The notes beneath the pieces are model-generated. The model saw only the letters and a list, made by a program, of their open reading frames with translations, did no database searches and was not told the origin of the DNA. A DNA stretch of 64,000 bases. Source: Bilabrum cf. latius (Eukaryota). The first letter of the stretch is position 1. Every line of letters starts with the position of its first letter. Shown here piece by piece: positions 54,937 to 64,000 of the stretch. A program made the translations under genes and the position numbers. The stretch lies in assembly GCA_965178125.1 (NCBI GenBank), contig OZ237735.1:1054001-1118000 (forward strand), given 5' to 3'.

Positions 54937-57900
54937 ATTCCGGAGAGCAGTTGCACGTCTCCAGATCTTCCGGAACCGCTATTGCCGCTGGCGATTTCAA
55001 CTGCACCTGAGAAACCATTTGTTGAGTCACCGGATAATACTTGAAGCTACCCTGACGACCCGCTTGGTCCGGTTCCTGCAGAACTTCTCAATAGAATGGT
55101 GCCTGATGTCTATCCTGTAGCAGCCTCTCCTGATTCAATCACGATGTTTCCTCCATTGTGCAACGTGGAAGATGACATGCCTGCGTTAATTTGGATATTG
55201 CCACCGTTCTAGTTCTCAGCAGATCCTGCTGAGACACTTATTGCTCCAACCGTACCTCTTGTTGTTGATCCTGATGATAAAAGCAACCAACCCGACTGTC
55301 CGGACGTCGAGGAGCCGGTTTGCAAAATGGCATTACCAGAAGAGGCAATTCCACTAGCAGATGCTAGATTGAGAACACCAGATGCTCCATCATTGTTCTG
55401 GCTAGCACCGGTAATAAGTGAGATTGAACCTCCAGTGTTAGGTGCATCGCCCGCCAAAACTTGAACTCCGCCTCCCGACCCGATAGATGTTGACCCAACA
55501 ACAAGACTTATGTCGCCCGCTTGCCCACCTGTAGCAGCCCCAGTTGCCAGGACCGCATCACCAGATGAACCACCTGTTGCAGCACCAGTTCCGGCGAAAA
55601 GCTATCCCGACGATGCAGAAACAGCAGTAGATACAGAAACGTCTCCGGACTGATCGGTTGGTGAAGCTGTCTCCCCTGATACAATTCGAACATCACCGCC
55701 GTCAAGGGCGGATCCCGATGCTATTCCAGATGCCTAGATGTGTACATCTCCTGGCGAGCCGGCCGCAACTCCAGCAACAATACTGATTGACCCAGCGATT
55801 GCAGAGCTCGACCCCGACTGCACTATCACATCACCAGAATTCCCCTCAGCATTACCGCTTCCTACTGTAATAACGCCGGAATCCCCCGAGCTTAGCGGAT
55901 CAGCACTCAAAACACTCACAGCGCCGGAAGTCTATCCAGAACCACTAGACACAATGACATCACCACCAGCACTACCACCATCTGAAGCGTCTCCAGCAAG
56001 AACGTAGGCAAGGCCACCGGACCCACTAGACGAGGACCCGACAGCAATACTAATACTACCAGCAACGCCTCTATCGGCAGAACCAGTATCGAGAACCAGC
56101 CAACCAGAATTACCCGACTATGCGTCCCCAGAAAAAACATTAACAGCGCCAGACTATCCCGCAGCAGCAACCCCACTACTAAATGAAACAGCACCAGACA
56201 CACCTGAAACAACAGCACCAGAAGCAACAGACACCGTTCCAGATGCTCCACCCTGTCCAGACCCAGCCGCGCTGCCCACGCTCACAGACCCGCTCGTCTG
56301 CCCGTCCGCCGCGCCCCCAGACTGCACGCGCACCAGCCCGCCCGTGCCGCTCGTACCAGAGCTGGACCCGGCCAGCACGTACACGGACCCGCCAGCCTCA
56401 GACACGCCGCTCGTCTGCGATGCCTGCACAGACACCGACCCACTAGCACCCAGCGTGGACTCCCCAGTGCGCAGCACAAGCCAGCCAGCGTCGCCCGACG
56501 ATGCGTCGCCAGTCTCAACCACCACGTTCCCGCTGCTGCCGCGCAGAGCTCCGCCGCTCGACACGCTCACAGACCCAGACGCATCGCCAGACGATGTGCC
56601 GGATCCCACGCTCACAGACCCAGACACGTCAAGCAACGAGTCGCCCGATCCCACGCTCACAGACCCAGACGCCGCTGACACCGCAGATCCAGATGTCACG
56701 CTCACAGACCCAGACACATCTCGAGTCGCATCGCCGGATGCTACCGTCACACTCCCAGATGCTGCCGACAACGCAGATCCAGATGTCACGCTCACAGCGC
56801 CCGACACCGAGTTCGTCGCAAACCCAGATCCCACGCTCACGCTGCCCGATGAGCCAGACCCAGCGTTCCCGCTCGACACAGACACCACGCCAGTAAAGCC
56901 GCCCGTGGACACACCACTCGACACATCCACGGCCCCAGACGAACCGTCCGATCCAGACCCAGCCGCGCTGCCCACGCTCACAGACCCGCTCGTCTGCCCG
57001 TCCGCCGCGCCCCCAGACTGCACGCGCACCAGCCCGCCCGTGCCGCTCGTACCAGAGCTGGACCCGGCCAGCACGTACACGGACCCGCCAGCCTCAGACA
57101 CGCCGCTCGTCTGCGATGCCTGCACAGACACCGACCCACTAGCACCCAGCGTGGACTCCCCAGTGCGCAGCACAAGCCAGCCAGCGTCGCCCGACGATGC
57201 GTCGCCAGTCTCAACCACCACGTTCCCGCTGCTGCCGCGCAGAGCTCCGCCGCTCGACACGCTCACAGACCCAGACGCATCGCCAGACGATGTGCCGGAT
57301 CCCACGCTCACAGACCCAGACACGTCAAGCAACGAGTCGCCCGATCCCACGCTCACAGACCCAGACGCCGCTGACACCGCAGATCCAGATGTCACGCTCA
57401 CAGCGCCCGACACCGAGTTCGTCGCAAACCCAGATCCCACGCTCACGCTGCCCGATGAGCCAGACCCAGCGTTCCCGCTCGACACAGACACCACGCCAGT
57501 GAAGCCGCCCGTGGACACACCACTCGACACATCCACGGCCCCAGACGAACCGTCCGATCCAGACCCAGCCGCGCTGCCCACGCTCACAGACCCGCTCGTC
57601 TGCCCGTCCGCCGCGCCCCCAGACTGCACGCGCACCAGCCCGCCCGTGCCGCTCGTACCAGAGCTGGACCCGGCCAGCACGTACACGGACCCGCCAGCCT
57701 CAGACACGCCGCTCGTCTGCGATGCCTGCACAGACACCGACCCACTAGCACCCAGCGTGGACTCCCCAGTGCGCAACACAAGCCAGCCAGCGTCGCCCGA
57801 CGATGCGTCGCCAGTCTCAACCACCACGTTCCCGCTGCTGCCGCGCAGAGCTCCGCCGCTCGACACGCTCACAGACCCAGACGCATCGCCAGACGATGTG

Positions 57901-60900
57901 CCGGATCCCACGCTCACAGACCCAGACACGTCAAGCAACGAGTCGCCCGATCCCACGCTCACAGACCCAGACGCCGCTGACACCGCAGATCCAGATGTCA
58001 CGCTCACAGACCCAGACACATCTCGAGTCGCATCGCCGGATGCTACCGTCACACTCCCAGATGCTGCTGACACCGCAGATCCAGATGTCACGCTCACAGC
58101 GCCCGACACCGAGTTCGTCGCAAACCCAGATCCCACGCTCACGCTGCCCGATGAGCCAGACCCAGCGTTCCCGCTCGACACAGACACCACGCCAGTGAAG
58201 CCGCCCGTGGACACACCACTCGACACATCCACGGCCCCAGACGAACCGTCCGATCCAGACCCAGCCGCGCTGCCCACGCTCACAGACCCGCTCGTCTGCC
58301 CGTCCGCCGCGCCCCCAGACTGCACGCGCACCAGCCCGCCCGTGCCGCTCGTACCAGAGCTGGACCCGGCCAGCACGTACACGGACCCGCCAGCCTCAGA
58401 CACGCCGCTCGTCTGCGATGCCTGCACAGACACCGACCCACTAGCACCCAGCGTGGACTCCCCAGTGCGCAGCACAAGCCAGCCAGCGTCGCCCGACGAT
58501 GCGTCGCCAGTCTCAACCACCACGTTCCCGCTGCTGCCGCGCAGAGCTCCGCCGCTCGACACGCTCACAGACCCAGACGCATCGCCAGACGATGTGCCGG
58601 ATCCCACGCTCACAGACCCAGACACGTCAAGCAACGAGTCGCCCGATCCCACGCTCACAGACCCAGACGCCGCTGACACCGCAGATCCAGATGTCACGCT
58701 CACAGACCCAGACACATCTCGAGTCGCATCACCGGATGCTACCGTCACACTCCCAGATGCTGCCGACAACGCAGATCCAGATGTCACGCTCACAGCGCCC
58801 GACACCGAGTTCGTCGCAAACCCAGATCCCACGCTCACGCTGCCCGATGAGCCAGACCCAGCGTTCCCGCTCGACACAGACACCACGCCAGTAAAGCCGC
58901 CCGTGGACACACCACTCGACACATCCACGGCCCCAGACGAACCGTCCGATCCAGACCCAGCCGCGCTGCCCACGCTCACAGACCCGCTCGTCTGCCCGTC
59001 CGCCGCGCCCCCAGACTGCACGCGCACCAGCCCGCCCGTGCCGCTCGTACCAGAGCTGGACCCGGCCAGCACGTACACGGACCCGCCAGCCTCAGACACG
59101 CCGCTCGTCTGCGATGCCTGCACAGACACCGACCCACTAGCACCCAGCGTGGACTCCCCAGTGCGCAGCACAAGCCAGCCAGCGTCGCCCGACGATGCGT
59201 CGCCAGTCTCAACCACCACGTTCCCGCTGCTGCCGCGCAGAGCTCCGCCGCTCGACACGCTCACAGACCCAGACGCATCGCCAGACGATGTGCCGGATCC
59301 CACGCTCACAGACCCAGACACGTCAAGCAACGAGTCGCCCGATCCCACGCTCACAGACCCAGACGCCGCTGACACCGCAGATCCAGATGTCACGCTCACA
59401 GACCCAGACACATCTCGAGTCGCATCGCCGGATGCTACCGTCACACTCCCAGATGCTGCCGACAACGCAGATCCAGATGTCACGCTCACAGCGCCCGACA
59501 CCGAGTTCGTCGCAAACCCAGATCCCACGCTCACGCTGCCCGATGAGCCAGACCCAGCGTTCCCGCTCGACACAGACACCACGCCAGTGAAGCCGCCCGT
59601 GGACACACCACTCGACACATCCACGGCCCCAGACGAACCGTCCGATCCAGACCCAGCCGCGCTGCCCACGCTCACAGACCCGCTCGTCTGCCCGTCCGCC
59701 GCGCCCCCAGACTGCACGCGCACCAGCCCGCCCGTGCCGCTCGTACCAGAGCTGGACCCGGCCAGCACGTACACGGACCCGCCAGCCTCAGACACGCCGC
59801 TCGTCTGCGATGCCTGCACAGACACCGACCCACTAGCACCCAGCGTGGACTCCCCAGTGCGCAGCACAAGCCAGCCAGCGTCGCCCGACGATGCGTCGCC
59901 AGTCTCAACCACCACGTTCCCGCTGCTGCCGCGCAGAGCTCCGCCGCTCGACACGCTCACAGACCCAGACGCATCGCCAGACGATGTGCCGGATCCCACG
60001 CTCACAGACCCAGACACGTCAAGCAACGAGTCGCCCGATCCCACGCTCACAGACCCAGACGCCGCTGACACCGCAGATCCAGATGTCACGCTCACAGACC
60101 CAGACACATCTCGAGTCGCATCGCCGGATGCTACCGTCACACTCCCAGATGCTGCCGACAACGCAGATCCAGATGTCACGCTCACAGCGCCCGACACCGA
60201 GTTCGTCGCAAACCCAGATCCCACGCTCACGCTGCCCGATGAGCCAGACCCAGCGTTCCCGCTCGACACAGACACCACGCCAGTGAAGCCGCCCGTGGAC
60301 ACACCACTCGACACATCCACGGCCCCAGACGAACCGTCCGATCCAGACCCAGCCGCGCTGCCCACGCTCACAGACCCGCTCGTCTGCCCGTCCGCCGCGC
60401 CCCCAGACTGCACGCGCACCAGCCCGCCCGTGCCGCTCGTACCAGAGCTGGACCCGGCCAGCACGTACACGGACCCGCCAGCCTCAGACACGCCGCTCGT
60501 CTGCGATGCCTGCACAGACACCGACCCACTAGCACCCAGCGTGGACTCCCCAGTGCGCAGCACAAGCCAGCCAGCGTCGCCCGACGATGCGTCGCCAGTC
60601 TCAACCACCACGTTCCCGCTGCTGCCGCGCAGAGCTCCGCCGCTCGACACGCTCACAGACCCAGACGCATCGCCAGACGATGTGCCGGATCCCACGCTCA
60701 CAGACCCAGACACGTCAAGCAACGAGTCGCCCGATCCCACGCTCACAGACCCAGACGCCGCTGATACCGCAGATCCAGATGTCACGCTCACAGCGCCCGA
60801 CACCGAGTTCGTCGCAAACCCAGATCCCACGCTCACGCTGCCCGATGAGCCAGACCCAGCGTTCCCGCTCGACACAGACACCACGCCAGTGAAGCCGCCC

Positions 60901-63900
60901 GTGGACACACCACTCGACACATCCACGGCCCCAGACGAACCGTCCGATCCAGACCCAGCCGCGCTGCCCACGCTCACAGACCCGCTCGTCTGCCCGTCCG
61001 CCGCGCCCCCAGACTGCACGCGCACCAGCCCGCCCGTGCCGCTCGTACCAGAGCTGGACCCGGCCAGCACGTACACGGACCCGCCAGCCTCAGACACGCC
61101 GCTCGTCTGCGATGCCTGCACAGACACCGACCCACTAGCACCCAGCGTGGACTCCCCAGTGCGCAGCACAAGCCAGCCAGCGTCGCCCGACGATGCGTCG
61201 CCAGTCTCAACCACCACGTTCCCGCTGCTGCCGCGCAGAGCTCCGCCGCTCGACACGCTCACAGACCCAGACGCATCGCCAGACGATGTGCCGGATCCCA
61301 CGCTCACAGACCCAGACACGTCAAGCAACGAGTCGCCCGATCCCACGCTCACAGACCCAGACGCCGCTGATACCGCAGATCCAGATGTCACGCTCACAGC
61401 GCCCGACACCGAGTTCGTCGCAAACCCAGATCCCACGCTCACGCTGCCCGATGAGCCAGACCCAGCGTTCCCGCTCGACACAGACACCACGCCAGTGAAG
61501 CCGCCCGTGGACACACCACTCGACACATCCACGGCCCCAGACGAACCGTCCGATCCAGACCCAGCCGCGCTGCCCACGCTCACAGACCCGCTCGTCTGCC
61601 CGTCCGCCGCGCCCCCAGACTGCACGCGCACCAGCCCGCCCGTGCCGCTCGTACCAGAGCTGGACCCGGCCAGCACGTACACGGACCCGCCAGCCTCAGA
61701 CACGCCGCTCGTCTGCGATGCCTGCACAGACACCGACCCACTAGCACCCAGCGTGGACTCCCCAGTGCGCAGCACAAGCCAGCCAGCGTCGCCCGACGAT
61801 GCGTCGCCAGTCTCAACCACCACGTTCCCGCTGCTGCCGCGCAGAGCTCCGCCGCTCGACACGCTCACAGACCCAGACGCATCGCCAGACGATGTGCCGG
61901 ATCCCACGCTCACAGACCCAGACACGTCAAGCAACGAGTCGCCCGATCCCACGCTCACAGACCCAGACGCCGCTGACACCGCAGATCCAGATGTCACGCT
62001 CACAGACCCAGACACATCTCGAGTCGCATCACCGGATGCTACCGTCACACTCCCAGATGCTGCTGACACCGCAGATCCAGATGTCACGCTCACAGCGCCC
62101 GACACCGAGTTCGTCGCAAACCCAGATCCCACGCTCACGCTGCCCGATGAGCCAGACCCAGCGTTCCCGCTCGACACAGACACCACGCCAGTGAAGCCGC
62201 CCGTGGACACACCACTCGACACATCCACGGCCCCAGACGAACCGTCCGATCCAGACCCAGCCGCGCTGCCCACGCTCACAGACCCGCTCGTCTGCCCGTC
62301 CGCCGCGCCCCCAGACTGCACGCGCACCAGCCCGCCCGTGCCGCTCGTACCAGAGCTGGACCCGGCCAGCACGTACACGGACCCGCCAGCCTCAGACACG
62401 CCGCTCGTCTGCGATGCCTGCACAGACACCGACCCACTAGCACCCAGCGTGGACTCCCCAGTGCGCAGCACAAGCCAGCCAGCGTCGCCCGACGATGCGT
62501 CGCCAGTCTCAACCACCACGTTCCCGCTGCTGCCGCGCAGAGCTCCGCCGCTCGACACGCTCACAGACCCAGACGCATCGCCAGACGATGTGCCGGATCC
62601 CACGCTCACAGACCCAGACACGTCAAGCAACGAGTCGCCCGATCCCACGCTCACAGACCCAGACGCCGCTGACACCGCAGATCCAGATGTCACGCTCACA
62701 GACCCAGACACATCTCGAGTCGCATCGCCGGATGCTACCGTCACACTCCCAGATGCTGCCGACAACGCAGATCCAGATGTCACGCTCACAGCGCCCGACA
62801 CCGAGTTCGTCGCAAACCCAGATCCCACGCTCACGCTGCCCGATGAGCCAGACCCAGCGTTCCCGCTCGACACAGACACCACGCCAGTGAAGCCGCCCGT
62901 GGACACACCACTCGACACATCCACGGCCCCAGACGAACCGTCCGATCCAGACCCAGCCGCGCTGCCCACGCTCACAGACCCGCTCGTCTGCCCGTCCGCC
63001 GCGCCCCCAGACTGCACGCGCACCAGCCCGCCCGTGCCGCTCGTACCAGAGCTGGACCCGGCCAGCACGTACACGGACCCGCCAGCCTCAGACACGCCGC
63101 TCGTCTGCGATGCCTGCACAGACACCGACCCACTAGCACCCAGCGTGGACTCCCCAGTGCGCAGCACAAGCCAGCCAGCGTCGCCCGACGATGCGTCGCC
63201 AGTCTCAACCACCACGTTCCCGCTGCTGCCGCGCAGAGCTCCGCCGCTCGACACGCTCACAGACCCAGACGCATCGCCAGACGATGTGCCGGATCCCACG
63301 CTCACAGACCCAGACACGTCAAGCAACGAGTCGCCCGATCCCACGCTCACAGACCCAGATGCCGCTGATACCGCAGATCCAGATGTCACGCTCACAGCGC
63401 CCGACACCGAGTTCGTCGCAAACCCAGATCCCACGCTCACGCTGCCCGATGAGCCAGACCCAGCGTTCCCGCTCGACACAGACACCACGCCAGTGAAGCC
63501 GCCCGTGGACACACCACTCGACACATCCACGGCCCCAGACGAACCGTCCGATCCAGACCCAGCCGCGCTGCCCACGCTCACAGACCCGCTCGTCTGCCCG
63601 TCCGCCGCGCCCCCAGACTGCACGCGCACCAGCCCGCCCGTGCCGCTCGTACCAGAGCTGGACCCGGCCAGCACGTACACGGACCCGCCAGCCTCAGACA
63701 CGCCGCTCGTCTGCGATGCCTGCACAGACACCGACCCACTAGCACCCAGCGTGGACTCCCCAGTGCGCAGCACAAGCCAGCCAGCGTCGCCCGACGATGC
63801 GTCGCCAGTCTCAACCACCACGTTCCCGCTGCTGCCACGCAGAGCTCCGCCGCTCGACACGCTCACAGACCCAGACGCATCGCCAGACGATGTGCCGGAT

Positions 63901-63998
63901 CCCACGCTCACAGACCCAGACACGTCAAGCAACGAGTCGCCCGATCCCACGCTCACAGACCCAGACGCCGCTGATACCGCAGATCCAGATGTCACGCT
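3..63998 (-). CDS. Internal fragment (5' and 3' partial) of a giant Gly/Ser/Val/Ala-rich repeat protein, predicted beta-solenoid fibre, at least ~21,330 aa; requires TAG to be read as sense (likely Gln)
   Basis: Track ORFs 56154..63995, 55734..55919 and 55209..55457 share one minus frame. Manual translation of the gaps keeps the SGxVxVxSG motif through 8 TAG codons. The frame then enters array A (...SGRSGDVQLLSGISTNAVSGVVTVGSGAAVSAASGGVSVLSG...) and, in the unit consensus and all variants I checked, stays stop-free to position 3. That part is probably missing from the track because it has no stop inside the window. Confidence 0.85.
17250..20726. repeat. Higher-order tandem duplication within array A, period 1755 bp (6x180 + 3x225)
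   Basis: The rare variant gttgat occurs at 17536 and 19291, 1755 bp apart. The order of short/long units and the point variants match between 17250..18971 and 19005..20726. Flanking mismatches are at 17249/19004 and 18972/20727. Confidence 0.8.
54937..56255 (-). other. Non-repetitive coding linker (~440 codons) of diverged solenoid coils joining arrays B and A
   Basis: Translation includes ...GVAAAG*SGAVNVFSGDA*SGNSGWLVLDTGSADRGVAGSISIAVG...DVIVSSGSG*TSGAVSVL...PGDVHI*ASGIASG...SASSG*LFAGTG...SAGSAEN*NGGNIQINAG...IESGEAATG*TSGTILLRSSAGTGPSGSSG*LQVLSGDSTNGFSGAVEIASG. Sampled lines are 43-55% GC, versus 73% in a sampled array A line. Confidence 0.9.
55047..56156 (-). other. Eight in-frame TAG codons, putatively recoded as Gln
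   Basis: Plus-strand cta triplets in the coding frame start at 55047, 55110, 55209, 55602, 55734, 55932, 56118 and 56154. No in-frame TAA or TGA. Confidence 0.9.
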
Positions 63999-64000
63999 CA
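56256..64000 (-). repeat. Coding tandem array B: 696-bp (232 aa) and 606-bp (202 aa) units; 11 complete units (7 long, 4 short) plus a partial one, continuing off the window
   Basis: Recurrent 78-aa shadow ORFs start at 56282, 56978, 57584, 58280, 58976, 59672, 60368, 60974, 61580, 62276, 62972 and 63578, giving periods 696,606,696,696,696,696,606,606,696,696,606. The optional 90 bp encodes two extra 15-aa coils (…SAASGSVTVASGDATRDVSGSVSVTSGSA…). Confidence 0.97.

Noticed and set aside
13-55044. 18,343-aa plus-strand P/T/D/A-rich mucin-like ORF as the real gene
   Set aside because: It is the antisense shadow of the minus frame. It ends just outside the repeat, its start is only the first GTG in the window, and the common Glu/Asp polymorphism is silent only on the minus strand.
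110-55120. Plus frame-2 ORFs (10825, 2050 and 5406 aa; R/P/Q-rich)
   Set aside because: They are open only because the repeat unit lacks stops in that frame. Common variants are non-synonymous there, and single substitutions near 32585 and 38795 break it.
55047-56156. Pseudogene with nonsense mutations, or RIP/methylation-driven CAG>TAG decay
   Set aside because: All 8 stops are the same codon, with no TAA, TGA or frameshift. CAA, CGA and TGG codons and the SG motifs are intact. The stops lie in unique sequence rather than in the repeats that RIP would target.
55047-56156. TAG as pyrrolysine, or A-to-I editing to Trp
   Set aside because: Aligned positions correspond to Gln or small polar residues in turns, and no pyl genes are in the window. 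Not formally excluded without genome-wide data.
55209-56251. Small separate ORFs in the linker (82, 65, 61, 89 and 111 aa)
   Set aside because: The 82- and 61-aa ORFs are inter-TAG pieces of the giant frame; the others are off-frame or antisense overlaps.
56183-63838. Recurrent 78/101/131-aa ORFs in array B
   Set aside because: Alternative-frame by-products that recur once per repeat unit.
1-64000. CRISPR array or non-coding (centromeric-type 180-bp) satellite
   Set aside because: There are no unique spacers. Unit lengths are all multiples of 3, variation is concentrated at wobble positions, and the frame is continuous with unique coding sequence.

Overview
The whole 64 kb window appears to be the internal part of one gigantic minus-strand gene. 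A single reading frame (3..63998, about 21,330 codons, open at both window edges, no frameshift or intron seen) encodes a Gly/Ser/Val/Ala-rich protein built from ~15-aa SGxVxVxSGxxxxxx units, suggesting a beta-solenoid. It has three parts: array B (56256..64000; 606/696-bp units), a non-repetitive ~1.3 kb linker (54937..56255), and array A (1..54936; 180/225-bp units). The only 'stops' in this frame are eight TAG codons, all in the linker; there is no TAA or TGA. Two of the TAGs align with the Gln of the GQTSG motif in the array B unit. This points to a non-standard genetic code with UAG read as Gln, possibly with UAA still a stop. The 18,343-aa plus-strand ORF in the track is interpreted as an antisense shadow. 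All translations, counts and alignments were done by eye; the organism is unknown.
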